A model generated the notes under the pieces. The model did not search any database. It was given only the letters and a program-made list of their open reading frames with translations, and was not told where the DNA came from. A DNA stretch of 63,984 bases, counting the filler, from Octopus bimaculoides (Eukaryota): assembly GCF_001194135.2 (NCBI RefSeq). It is 6 parts of 6 records of this genome, joined end to end, with 100 filler letters (N's around TTAATTAATTAA, not from the genome) between each part and the next. Parts side by side here need not be neighbours in the genome. Positions count along the whole stretch, not along the records: positions 1 to 12,042 come from NC_068989.1; positions 12,143 to 42,213 come from NC_068985.1; 4 more parts are not named here. One strand, given 5' to 3'. Both the position numbers and the translations under genes were made by a program. Of the stretch, positions 11,155 through 23,470 are shown piece by piece. How positions within the stretch are numbered: the stretch's first letter is position 1; each line of letters opens with the position of its first letter.

Positions 11155-11730
11155 TATCAGATCATCCCATAAGTTCTGTCCGATTTTACCTTTTTTAAAA
11201 TTCAATAAAATTTAATAGTATTTTAGAATATCTAATGGAAGTAAAAATTATTTTCATGCATTTGCGTACATTTAAACTAATTAAATATCATTTCACAGAA
11301 TAATAGAATTAAAATTTCTTTGATTAAAACCCTTTCTAACATGAAAGAATCCAAAGAGCATTTGAGTCTGATGATAAGCTCCTTGGGGCATTACTTGAAG
11401 AAAATCCTGCATTATCAGTTGAAGAATTGGCAATAAAGCTTAGTTCAAACCATACAAGTGTTCATCGTCATCCTCAACAACTTGGAAAGGTTCCTAAACT
11501 TGGAAAATGGGTGCATCATGAACTGTCCGAGAGCAACCACAAATCCCGAGTTGACATCTGCTCTTCTCTCCATTTTCACGAACACATTTCACCCTTTTTG
11601 GGTAGACTTGTGACTGGTGACGAAAAATGGATCTTCTATCGAAATGTTAAACGTCGTAAACAGTGGCTTGGTAGAAGGGAAAAAGCTCAACCACAACCGA
11701 GAAGGAAACTTCATGGAAAAAAGTTCTTCA
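11155..11730 (+). mobile_element. Mariner transposase 5' half with left TIR (different subfamily, N-terminal HTH deleted)
   Basis: TA-tcagatcatcccataagttctgtccg; MKESKEHL/..LEENPALSVEELA...LGKWVHHEL...FLGRLVTGDEKWIFY...LHGKK. Confidence 0.88.
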
Positions 11731-12042
11731 CGGCATAATGGGGAGTCCAATAGCCCCTCTGCAAGAACAATCCGAACACGGACAGGTGTTGCAAACATTG
11801 ACCGGTAGAGCGGAAATGGGACGAGACCAGACTGTCATTGCCGAGTCGGATGTCTCGGAGGTGTTCCGCGAACCGGTCAGCCAAGCAGCGTCCCGTTTGC
11901 CCGATGTATAGAGAAGGGTTAGAGAAAGCAGGAGATGCAGTAGATGACATTGATAGAAGTGCAGGTGAAGGAGTTGGCGATGTGATGGGGTCGATGATGG
12001 GTGTCGGAGAGAAGGGTGGTGTTGGAGAGGTAAGGGCAAATG
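11730..12042 (-). mobile_element. Penelope-like GIY-YIG endonuclease fragment
   Basis: CPYL...FTCTSINVIYCISC/(frameshift)PSLYIGQTGRCLADRFAEHLRDIRLGNDSLVSSHF. Confidence 0.88.
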
Positions 12043-12142
12043 NNNNNNNNNNNNNNNNNNNNNNNNNNNNNNNNNNNNNNNNNNNNTTAATTAATTAANN
12101 NNNNNNNNNNNNNNNNNNNNNNNNNNNNNNNNNNNNNNNNNN
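12043..12142. other. Assembly linker N44-TTAATTAATTAA-N44 (also 42214-42313, 49045-49144, 61195-61294, 62884-62983)
   Basis: Five identical 100-nt blocks; the 12-mer has stops in all six frames. Confidence 0.95.
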
Positions 12143-12254
12143 TAAATGGCTTATAAACACCTTCCACGCTGCACTTGTTTTCGTTCCAGCACACGATCTC
12201 AGATCAGGTCACTTGCTATGCAAGTACATCTCCGTAATATATATATATATACGT

Positions 12255-12577
12255 CAATGCGCGTAGCTTAGTAGCAAGGGTATTCGGCTCACGATCGTAA
12301 GGTCGTGAGTTCAATTCCCAGCGACGCGTTGTGTCCTTAAGCAAGACACTTTATTTCACGCTGCTCCAGATCAATCAGCTGACAAAAATGTGTAGTACCT
12401 GTTTTTCAAAGGGCCAACCTTATCACATTCTGTGTCACGCTGAATTTCCCAGTCAACTACGCTAAGGGTACGAGTGTTTGTGGAGTGATCAGCCATTTGC
12501 ACGTTACTTTCACGAGCAAGCTGTTCCGTTGATCGGATCAACTGGAATCTTCGGCGTCGTAACCGACGGAGTGCTAG

Positions 12578-12578
<1 letters not shown>
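12255..12578 (+). mobile_element. tRNA-derived SINE family B, near full length
   Basis: gcgcgtagcttagtagcaaggg...gagttcaattccc A/B boxes, gtgtccttaagcaagacac core, tail gttgatcggatcaactgg...gtaaccgacggagtgc. Confidence 0.85.
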
Positions 12579-12623
<45 letters not shown>

Positions 12624-12691
12624 GGTCGAGATATTACTGCATGTATGTATGTATGTATGGATGGATGGATGGATGGATGAATGGATGGATG

Positions 12692-12956
12692 GGTTTCTTT
12701 ATTAGCCACACAGGGCCGAACACGGAGGGGCCAAAATACAATGTAGAGCTTTTCTTTTCGAAAATAGAAAAAAAGGAGAAAAATAAAATTCCGATCAAAA
12801 GGGATCGTAAAAAAAAATGATCAAAAGGGATCGCGTATCACAGAAATTTTTTTTAAATGTAAAAAGTAAAATTAGGTTTATCTGTGGAAAGAAAAGCTTA
12901 TGGGAAAGACCACGATAGCCTCAAGCACGGAGGGTATAAACACTTGAGTGCAAAGT

Positions 12957-13016
<60 letters not shown>

Positions 13017-13830
13017 AATTTACAGGATCATGCTCAGTGGTTTCGTCACTCGCACGCACCATCGTTGCTACATTCACCTACCTCTTATTGAAACTTTCAC
13101 GAGACAAAACTTGTCTCTCTATTCTCACCTTCCTTTTCAAGTAGTACTTGAAAATTTGATGAGCAATTGGCCAGGGAGGTAAGTGTTTGACTCTAAACCT
13201 TTCGCTCGACTCCACCACACACATTCTTTTATCATGGCCACCAGTACGATGAAGACTGCCTTGCCTTCCCAGTTAAGGGAAGGTGGCGGAGCAATTTTTA
13301 CTATAGACTCAGCCGACAAGCGGACTCATTCCACACGTGACAGCAGCCGTTCGGCATAAGCACACAACTCCGAAGTGCGTGTAGAACAGTTTCGTCGCAC
13401 TGACCGCATCTCGGGAAAGTCGGTCCGGTGGGTGTTGAACTGTGCCTGTAGAGCTTATCCCGAACGGGTAATGCTTCTCGATAGCACTGCCAGGCCAGGG
13501 ATCTTTGGTGATTGTCCATAGGTCCCGGTCCGAAAAGTGTCCTGAACAGGTGGGTCAGGTGTTCGTCGTCGACGCCCAAATTCTGCCCGAGAACGTCGTC
13601 GCACCTCCCTTCCACTAATCCTCTATAGAACGCCTTTGTGGAATTGAAGTCGCACAAGTCTGGTCCCGGACGGCAGAGTTGCTTGAGAGCAAGGCAGCTC
13701 TCGCGGTGTCATTCGCCTAGCCTTGGCCTCTGTTTGATCACGAGTTCGGCCAAAGAGACGAACTGCGCGAAACCAGTTTCTCGATGACAAGTGCCAACCT
13801 CTCGGCTAACACCTTTACTAAAAGCATTCA
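12692..13830 (-). mobile_element. Tx1/L1-clade LINE: ORF2 C-terminus (zf-RVT) plus 3' UTR, 5'-truncated
   Basis: STKAFYRGL...SLAWQCYREALPVRDKLYRH...(C>F)PRCGQCDETVLHAL..C...KECVWWSR...FKYYLKRKVRIER; AATAAA at the 3' end, then (ATCC)n. Confidence 0.88.
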
Positions 13831-15840
13831 AGCCAGGTCTCTAGTTTAAGGATATTGGTCTCTCTGGGGAATCATGAGAAGGATCATGGACACAATCCTT
13901 GCTCCTGAATAAACGATAAAATGGGTTTGGCCTGAAAGAGATTTGACAGCAATTTCTAATGAGTTAAACAACCTCGTAGAGATTCCCTCGTTAAGAAGCA
14001 ATAAACTTATACGTTCACCGCTTCTCATCAGTATATAAAACATATACATTAACCTATTGAAAATAGACTAACATTTACTATACATCGTAAATGCAGTCAG
14101 TAGCTGAATTAATGTTTTCTTATAATTCAAGTATGTATGTCTTACATACAAAATAGAGATCACGGGAGAAATAAATGAGTGATGATTGACTCGAAGGCAT
14201 TATTGTCTTCTCTTAAGCTGCTACAACCCTTGGGAAATTAACTTTTCGTTAATCAGTTAATGACGCGTGTACAGAAATATTATCAATTGAGCTTGCCACA
14301 TATGTGCGAAATAAATGAATTATAACTTTTCATTGACTAGGTATGTGATCCTCCATGAAACTGTAGAGCGAGTTGGGAAATAAAGACGCTGCCACTATCT
14401 CAAAAGGCTTTCATGAAATTACTTTGCTTCAATCTGTATTCCAAACTGGAGTATGAATCCGGTTTAGCATAATTTAAGTTATTGACGGCATGACTTATGC
14501 TTTTATTATATGCGTATATCTTTATGTCTCCTTTATTATAATATCATTCACATCTAGAAGGCGTTATAGGAACATAAATCGACGCCTGTACTTCACAACT
14601 GGAAGATAAAATGTTGAGTTGACCAATGTAGGATTTGAACTCAGAACATAAAAGCTCGTACGAATCAGTCAATCCATTAGTCTCTCATAATTCATTTGGG
14701 CAAAAATAAGCGGAAAAAGTCATTCAGCATCCGTGTATCTACTACTGATATGTCGCTGTTGTAAGAGTTTATCCCGCTTTAAACCCTTCGCAATTAAAGT
14801 GGCCATTTCTGGCCGAAATATTCCATCTCTTTTATGGTCAAACCAACCAGATAAAGCCTATCATACTTAGTCTACAATGTCATTCTAAAAATATACACTC
14901 ACATTATCGAAATCTGAAAGCTATGAGGTAGTTTAGCATTACATTGATAGAGTACTCTGCAAAAGAGTTGTATTATATCTCTTGCGATAGCAAAGAATCG
15001 TTAGGAGTAAACGATACTCGAGTTGCTGATCTTATTTACAGATAGTGGATTAAGTCAAAGTAGTAGAACGCTGTACTGATGACAACCAATGATACAGAAA
15101 CATCCGTTTTCACAGCTCTTCTCGTGTCTCTACAAAAATAAAAGCCAATTGTCTTCTTCTTTATGTGAGCGTGTACATGTGTGTGTATCTGTGTGACGAA
15201 CCAAAATTTTCCGTCTACTGGATTCCACTCACAGGGTATTGATTAACTGAAGGTCAGAACAGAAAATAACCGGCCAAGGTGTTGCGAAGTCAACTCGAAC
15301 CTGCCACCGATTTGCTTGTAAATTGAATAACCTTAACCCACACAACCAACTTTTATATATATATATNNNNNNNNNNNNNNNNNNNNNNNNNNNNNNNNNN
15401 NNNNNNNNNNNNNNNNNNNNNNNNNNNNNNNNNNNNNNNNNNNNNNNNNNNNNNNNNNNNNNNNNNNNNNNNNNNNNNNNNNNNNNNNNNNNNNNNNNNN
15501 NNNNNNNNNNNNNNNNNNNNNNNNNNNNNNNNNNNNNNNNNNNNNNNNNNNNNNNNNNNNNNNNNNNNNNNNNNNNNNNNNNNNNNNNNNNNNNNNNNNN
15601 NNNNNNNNNNNNNNNNNNNNNNNNNNNNNNNNNNNNNNNNNNNNNNNNNNNNNNNNNNNNNNNNNNNNNNNNNNNNNNNNNNNNNNNNNNNNNNNNNNNN
15701 NNNNNNNNNNNNNNNNNNNNNNNNNNNNNNNNNNNNNNNNNNNNNNNNNNNNNNNNNNNNNNNNNNNNNNNNNNNNNNNNNNNNNNNNNNNNNNGTTTGA
15801 TACTACCGTGTGTGTGTGTGTGTGTGAAGGGAAATAAAAG

Positions 15841-15871
<31 letters not shown>

Positions 15872-17079
15872 CATGCGTCCCTTTTGGAATATAAATCATT
15901 AGCTATTTTATATACACTTTATTTACTGTTAATAGATAGCTGTCATTATTTGAGAAACTGTCAAGCGGAAGATTGAAAATCCCTTAATATACCCTACCTC
16001 CATTGTACACTAAGCTCTTCTTTCTGACCACAACTCCCCCAATCATACCGCCATTTTTTCTTCTATAACTTCTCAAATGTCGTAGATCTTTATTGTCAAA
16101 TAATTCACCTTATTTCATAGAAATCACCCACTAGATAGAGTTTTATTTGTGAATGAATGCAAATACTCTGGATATCAGCAACAAACGATGGAAAAAAAAG
16201 AAAGCGAATAAAAAACGAGAAATTTTTCCAAAATAGCAATTTCCAATATTTGCTGATATGTAAGAAAGAAAATTCTTTAAAAAATATTAAAATCTAAAGC
16301 CAAAAAAAAATGTATATAAATGAGAAAATACGAATGATTAAGAAAGAAAGAAAGAAAGAAAGAAAGAAATAAAGAAAGAAAGAGAGAAAGAAAAGGCTAC
16401 ATTATAGTTATAAAATATAGAAAGTGTGAGTTATTGAAAGAGAGAAAGGGGAAAGAATGTAATATTATGGTTATAAAAATGAGAGCGTGAGTGACTGAGA
16501 GATAAAGAAAGATATGAGGTATGAAAGACAAAGAGAGAAGCAGTAGAGTTAGCTGATGAGTTTAACTTACTCGATGACGGCAATATAACAATTAGAAGAA
16601 AAACTGCCGTCCGTCTAAGGAGATCTTATCTTGTCTTCGAATCGATTCATTTTGGAGGGTATCTTTCAGTTTCTGTTTTATTTCTCTCTTTCTTTTCACT
16701 TTCTTTTGTTTCGGCGTAGTTTTTTTTCTTTATCTTTTTGCAGTGAGAAAATTTCTGATTTCATAATTCCACCCTGAGTCATATATTCTTGTTTCGAAAA
16801 AAATAGTTATTGTAAAAATAGAATAATTATTATACGAAAATAAATTATTCATTTTTTTTCTTTCTTTTCTTGAAAAATGATTTGGTCGATAACGAATTTC
16901 TATATTAGAACGAAATGGCAGAAAACAGACTTAGCTTCCGGTTATATTTCTACCTTTTTTTTTCCAATTATATATTACACTCAGTACTAATTTCTCTGGG
17001 GAATTTCGAAATGAATATGAGATACCCAAATTAAATTTATCACTAAATATTTTGTACGTATGTGTGCTTCTCAATATAC

Positions 17080-17112
<33 letters not shown>

Positions 17113-17205
17113 CTTTGCATCTGTCTGTTTGTCTTTGTGCACGCGAAAGAATCCTAATGAAGGAGGTCAGGACCATTTCACTTTACGCTAACCACTTTAT
17201 TTTAG

Positions 17206-17294
17206 ACATAGACAAGGTTGACAGCAATATGGAACTCTTCAAAATGACCGCTATCACAGATCGAATCGATCAAAAGTTTGTATCTAAAGCGTAG
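17206..17294 (+). CDS. Candidate terminal coding exon (DIDKVDSNMELFKMTAITDRIDQKFVSKA*), gene unknown
   Basis: Branch-like gctaac plus cactttattttag| acceptor; non-repetitive, protein-like composition. Confidence 0.3.
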
Positions 17295-17634
17295 TTATTC
17301 GTTGTTAGACTTCACCTTGCAATCATTAAGCATGACCTTTTTTTATATTATCCTTGCTGCAGTTTTATTCAAACTGACAGTTAATTCGGAGAGATGTGTC
17401 CTACAAACCATCTCAATACAATTGAAACAACTGTATTAGAAACATTGAGATGACTTGAAATAAACGGTAAATTTAATAATTGTGAATATTCGCAGAAACA
17501 GCACTTTCAGATGTGTGTATTAGAAAAATACAGAAAGAGACAATAAAATATAAAGCAACTGTGAATGCTTTTGTTATAACATAAGTTTTTAACTCTTTGC
17601 TTCATTTTACCCCATTCACTCTCATTTTAATTTC

Positions 17635-17688
<54 letters not shown>

Positions 17689-18759
17689 GAATGTGACTGT
17701 GTGTCTGTCTATGTATGTATGTTTGCATGTATGTATATATCTCTGGAGAAATACAACACAGACTTTAATACCTGAACAATACATTCATGAAGAGACTTCT
17801 ACGTTATCGACCGATTTGTTCAATGTCGTCGATAACATTCAGACCATGTCATGACCTGCCTGAAAGAACAGCTAAATTTGCCTCTAAATCTCATCCTATC
17901 ATCTTTGTATAATTATGTATATTGGATAATCTGTTCCTTATATAACGTGCTTGAAAACAAATGTTGAGGTGGTTACAGCTAAAACGGCTTTGATTATGTA
18001 GATATACCAAAAGAAGTCCGCCAGTATAATTTTGCAATGCATTTTAAAACCGCGTGTGTGTGTGTGTTATATATATTCCGGATAATAATTTGTTAATTCT
18101 AAAGGTTTTGTCCTAACATCATACGACCTCTGCTAACAACACATAATTTAGACAATGAAACCCAGGAATTCGAACGGTTTTCTTATTGTTACATCTTGAT
18201 CTTAATGATTTTATGAGTGATGACACAGTAATTACTGCATTGCCATCGAACTTTTACCGTGAGATTACCACACCCGTTTATTTACAATTAATTCATTGCC
18301 ATTCCCTTTAAATTTACTCAAATTAGATTCATGTATCAGAAACAACTCCGATTATAACATATGCTACTAGGTTTAAGTCTGATACTTCAAAGTATTTCAC
18401 CCACTTCTGTATCCTAATTCTACTCAATTAGAAATCTCTCAAGACAATTTGAGACTATAACGCTTTATTTAATGAGAAGAAAATTATAAAATTTAAGAGC
18501 TTAGATGAGCTGTAAAGATTTTTAACGTTTTAACAACTTTATTGCATGCAAGCCATTATAATATCTCGCGGAGATTATTGATATTTGAATAATTTATAGA
18601 TATATACGTGAGAAAATCAAAATTTTGCTTACAAAACTATAAAATAAAAAGCTTGAGCAAACTCTAAGGATCCTTTAACAAAATTATTACATGCAAGTAA
18701 TTATAATATCTGAAGATTGTGTGCAGATGTTATTAAGCTTTGCATAATTTATCACATAT

Positions 18760-19175
18760 CTTTCAGTTGTTTCAATTATTGGAATTCAGCCATGCTGGGA
18801 CACCACCTAGAGGACATTAATCGAACATATCGCCTCCAATACTTATTTTTAAAGCCTGGTACTTATTTCCTGGATCTTATTTGCCGAATTGCTAAATTAC
18901 AGAGAACATAAACAAACCAGTATCAGTAGTAAAGCGGTGGTGAGAATCAAACACTGACACGTGCGCGCATGCATGCACACACTCACACAAACATACACAC
19001 GCACATATATATATATATATATATATANNNNNNNNNNNNNNNNNNNNNNNNNNNNNNNNNNNNNNNNNNNNNNNNNNNNNNNNNNNNNNNNNNNNNNNNN
19101 NNNNNNNNNNNNNNNNNNNNNNNNNNNNNNNNNNNNNNNNNNNNNNNNNNNNNNNNNNNNNNNNNNNNNNNNNNN

Positions 19176-19223
<48 letters not shown>

Positions 19224-19350
19224 CACGGCAGGTTTCACTCACAAAGCATTGGTCGGGCTGGGGTTAGAGAAGATGCTTGCCCAAGGCACCGCGCAGTGGG
19301 GCTGAAGAACCATGTGGTTGCAGAGCGAGCTTCTTTACCACATAGCCATA
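18760..19350 (-). mobile_element. SINE family A, full length, with an N-gap in its central microsatellite
   Basis: tttcagttg...cagccatgctgg at one end; ggtttcactcacaaagcattggtcggg...accatgtggttgcagagcgagcttctttaccacatagcc at the other. Confidence 0.8.
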
Positions 19351-19655
19351 GAAAACTACAAATCTGAAAGCTTTTACAGTCCCTAAGGATTTTTACTGTT
19401 TCAGTAAGATTATTAGATTTCTTGGGTGTTAGACGTAATGCGTCGCCCGGTTTAACTCCACCTAGTACCCTAGGTGGCTTTCAATGAGCTCCAAGCATTC
19501 GAGACAAGTGTCTGGTTTCAGGATACCTTCCTCTGTCCCTGCCCCTAGATTCAGAAACCCTCTATAAAGTGACGAGTATTGCCTTCACTCCTGACTAAAA
19601 GATGACGAAAAATAAAGTGATTATAAAAACTGGCAATTGTCATAACTGTTTGTAG

Positions 19656-19681
19656 GACTTGTTAATTTAGGCGCTATAGAG
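19656..19681 (+). CDS. Candidate 26-nt microexon (xLVNLGAIE)
   Basis: tgtttgtag| ... GAG|gtaagg; one open frame. May be chance. Confidence 0.15.
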
Positions 19682-20478
19682 GTAAGGAAAACAACAATTC
19701 ACGTTTGTTTGGCTGGTTACCTTCCAGTAACAGAATCATGTCACTATCAGAACAAGATGAGTAATGCTGTATATGTGTGTATGTGTATGCGTGCATGAGT
19801 GAGTGCACACATGTGTGTGCGTGTATGTGTGGGTGTCTGTGTGCATGTGTATATATACATTTTTGTACATATATATATGCATACGCATATATGTATGTAC
19901 GTATGTATGCATGTATGTGCGTATGTATCTGTATATGTTTTGCTGACATAAATCGTAGAAAGATATGAACACCGGTGTTTTCGAATACAAATACCAACCC
20001 TGTGTGATATTTGCACAGACAATCCCTTGTCAGTCTCACCGTCAGAAATGCAGTGAAATAGCCATTATCTAGACTGAAAACATGGAGCCAACGACGCTGT
20101 AGTTCACTAACTCAATGCTCTGCACATATATGACCATGCATGTGCAAGCTTAGGCAAGATTTAGCGGAGAAGAGTGGCTGTTGCCCACAGATACAAGTCT
20201 CTTCTCTCTAAGTCACTAATGTCTATCAAAAGTAAAGGACACCGATTTATGCTGATACAGTTTGCTACAAATACTGTTTTAAGCGTCCGGGCCAGACACC
20301 GCAAAACATCTTACCCGGCCCTCGACAGTTACGATTGGTACAGCTTTATAACCGGAAAGGAGAAATGGTAGAATTGACCTCATAGCGATTTGAACTCAGT
20401 TCGGCGTCAGAATAAATACTATTCAATACCCTAACAACTCTGCCACTTCGCCTTAATACAGAATAAATATATGTAGTA

Positions 20479-20676
20479 CAGGCATAGCTGTGCGATTCAG
20501 AAGGTCGCTTTGCAACCACGTGGTTTGGGGTTCAGTCTCAGTGTACGGATCGTTGGGCACGTGTCTTCTACTATAGCCCCAAGCCGACCAGTGCCTTGTG
20601 GGTGAATTTTGTCTACTGAGCTTGTGTGGAAGCCCGTTGTAGGTGTGTGTATGTGTGAGAGAGAGAGTATGTGTGT

Positions 20677-20769
<93 letters not shown>

Positions 20770-21025
20770 CGTGGATGTGTGTGTGGATGTGTGTGTCTTT
20801 GTGCCTGTTTTTGTCTCCACCAACACCGCCTGACAACTGGTGTTTTTTTCTTCTTGTTTACGTCTGCGTAATATAGCAGTTGAGGAGAAGAGACACAGAG
20901 AAAAAGAACTAGGCTTAAAAAGAGAAATTAACTACTATGGCCGGACGTATTCGACTAAAAACCTTTGAATGTGATACTCCAGCATGGCCGCAGTCCAATG
21001 ATTGAAACCTGTAAAATGTAAAAGG
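20479..21025 (+). mobile_element. SINE family A, full length, with long internal (GT)n
   Basis: caggcatagctgtg head...ccagcatggccgcagtccaatgattgaaac tail. Confidence 0.85.
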
Positions 21026-21570
21026 CATGTGAATATTGTGTTGTATGCTCCATGTGGCTCCTACTAAGATCTGAACTGGTGGCCTGTTCGATAGCCTTGT
21101 AGCTGAAACTCACAATTGACGTTCTCTGGAAAAACTTGCAAACTCGTTCCCTGTTGGCTGGCTATTTAATTAGTGTGTCTTCGCAGGAATTAATTATTTA
21201 GGGATAAGATGGTTCTTGGCAGCGTTACTAAGTGTCATAGTGATACATGATGCTACTTCTGGCATTACGTAATAATACAATTTAGATTCTGTTCAGCTTT
21301 TCAAATTGAAATCATCAGAGATTACCCATGAACACTTGCGATTAAATCGATGTTGCTCAACATAAACCGCGTGATAAGAACACTCTTGGAGAGCATCGGT
21401 AATTCGCCAAGTCAAGGGGAAAATACATTAATCTATTCTCGTTTAATTTAGAGATTGTAGGTGGGCGGTGCAAGGTGGGGAGTATTCTTTCATTTCGACT
21501 AAAGAAGGAAACTGTGTTGGCCCATTGCTGATAGGAGCTCATAGTCAAAACATAAATCTAGTATGCAGAC

Positions 21571-21610
<40 letters not shown>

Positions 21611-22539
21611 NNNNNNNNNNNNNNNNNNNNNNNNNNNNNNNNNNNNNNNNNNNNNNNNNNNNNNNNNNNNNNNNNNNNNNNNNNNNNNNNNNNNNNNNNN
21701 NNNNNNNNNNNNNNNNNNNNNNNNNNNNNNNNNNNNNNNNNNNNNNNNNNNNNNNNNNNNNNNNNNNNNNNNNNNNNNNNNNNNNNNNNNNNNNNNNNNN
21801 NNNNNNNNNNNNNNNNNNNNNNNNNNNNNNNNNNNNNNNNNNNNNNNNNNNNNNNNNNNNNNNNNNNNNNNNNNNNNNNNNNNNNNNNNNNNNNNNNNNN
21901 NNNNNNNNNNNNNNNNNNNNNNNNNNNNNNNNNNNNNNNNNNNNNNNNNNNNNNNNNNNNNNNNNNNNNNNNNNNNNNNNNNNNNNNNNNNNNNNNNNNN
22001 NNNNNNNNNNNNNNNNNNNNNNNNNNNNNNNNNNNNNNNNNNNNNNNNNNNNNNNNNNNNNNNNNNNNNNNNNNNNNNNNNNNNNNNNNNNNNNNNNNNN
22101 NNNNNNNNNNNNNNNNNNNNNNNNNNNNNNNNNNNNNNNNNNNNNNNNNNNNNNNNNNNNNNNNNNNNNNNNNNNNNNNNNNNNNNNNNNNNNNNNNNNN
22201 NNNNNNNNNAGAGTAGATGCAATACAGTCATGCTGTCTTCTCTCCAGTAAACTGCATGAACATTTTTCATATATCACCAGTTGTTCCTCAGTTGTGTTAA
22301 CGTAACTAAACATAAGAAAAGAAACCACTGCCTGTTCTCTCGACCTACTAGAAATATCAGCCACGTTTCTTGCAAATTACAGCTAGCTACCATCCTAAAT
22401 TATGAAGGCATATTATATAATGAAATCATACGTAACTCTCTCTCTCTTTCTCTCTCTCTTTCCCTCTCACTCTCTTTCTCTCTCTCTCTCTCTCTCACTT
22501 GCACACATGCACACATACATCTACACATAAATGTATATA

Positions 22540-22704
22540 TACAAGACAGGCTTCACACAGTTTCCACCTACCAAATCCACTCACAAGGCCTTAGTCGGCT
22601 CGAGGCTATAGCAGAAGACACATGCCTAACTACCACGCAGTGGGACCGAACTCAGAACCATGTGGTTGGGAAGCAAACATCGTACCACACAGCCACGCCT
22701 GCGC

Positions 22705-22710
<6 letters not shown>
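22540..22710 (-). mobile_element. SINE family A, 5' half
   Basis: caaatccactcacaaggcc...gaaccatgtggttgggaagcaaac...accacacagccacgcctg. Confidence 0.85.
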
Positions 22711-22741
<31 letters not shown>

Positions 22742-22794
22742 NNNNNNNNNNGCGTGTGTGTGTGTATGTGTGTGTATGTATGTGTGTGTGTGTA

Positions 22795-23050
22795 GCTCGA
22801 AGATCAGGAAGTCTCTCCAGGTCTCGTCGCTAGTTCTCTGCGTCGAGAGATCACAGTTCCAGTACTACAGACATGTGATTAGAATGTCACAGAATAGTAA
22901 GACGGCTTCTTTAATTCCAGCCAGCTGGCAGGAGACCTACGTATAGACCAAGAACGAGATGGTTGGATAATACCCATATCTCAGTTAGTCACGCTTCGGA
23001 ACCAAACCGGAAAGTCTAATGACAATTGCTTCTGACAGGATCTTTCCAGG
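22795..23050 (+). mobile_element. RTE-clade LINE 3' end fragment
   Basis: IRKSLQVSSLVLCVERSQFQYYRHVIRMSQ...RPRTRWLDN; a related deleted copy lies at 43165-43270. Confidence 0.75.
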
Positions 23051-23289
23051 AATAGTGATGGATGGATGTAGAGAGAGAGATAAAGAGGGACAGAGAGATG
23101 TATGCACTTAAGATTAGGCTGTACAATTATAGTTCTTCTGCGGGAGGTATTTCATTACTAAGAATGTACAACAACTCAACACATATCCATTGTTATGACT
23201 ATGTGCATGAGAATTAAACAGACAGGAAGAATAGAGCACAAATATACAACAAATACACAATAGATTATTTACCACAAGTTACCTCCTTG

Positions 23290-23470
23290 GTGTTTCGGCG
23301 ACTAATCGCGTCATCAGATGCTGTTAAACTACAAATAGTTACTTGTTCAGTAACACGTTATATAGCACTTGCTGTTTGTTACCTTACGGGACATTTCGAT
23401 GTTATATAGCAGTTGTTTCGGTGCCTCTTCGCCTCTTCAGATGCTGTTGAACTCAAAACAGTTACTTATT
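23290..23470 (-). ncRNA. Two degenerate hammerhead-ribozyme-like cores in a ~123-bp tandem duplication (probable PLE terminal repeat)
   Basis: CTGATGA-cGCGA-ttag-TCGCc-GAAAC (23317-23292) and CTGAAGA-GGCGAagagGCACC-GAAAC (23440-23415); stems I/III not cleanly intact. Confidence 0.45.

Noticed and set aside
12255-12330. tRNA genes at the SINE heads (also 45561, 49540, 2017)
   Set aside because: A/B boxes are present but there is no complete cloverleaf, and each continues into a SINE body.
15076-15110. CTGATGA...GAAAC spacing like a hammerhead; nearby candidate terminal exon DSGLSQSSRTLY*
   Set aside because: The intervening sequence cannot form stem II; the exon is too short to support without data.
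16553-16620. CTGATGAG motif and GACGGCA/TGCCGTC stem as hammerhead or pre-miRNA; also a 44-nt minus exon candidate at 16571-16614
   Set aside because: No GAAA core, the stem is only 7 bp, and the acceptor is weak.
19458-19477. Perfect 8-bp hairpin CCACCTAG-tacc-CTAGGTGG
   Set aside because: Isolated and short, with no supporting context; such hairpins are expected occasionally in 64 kb.
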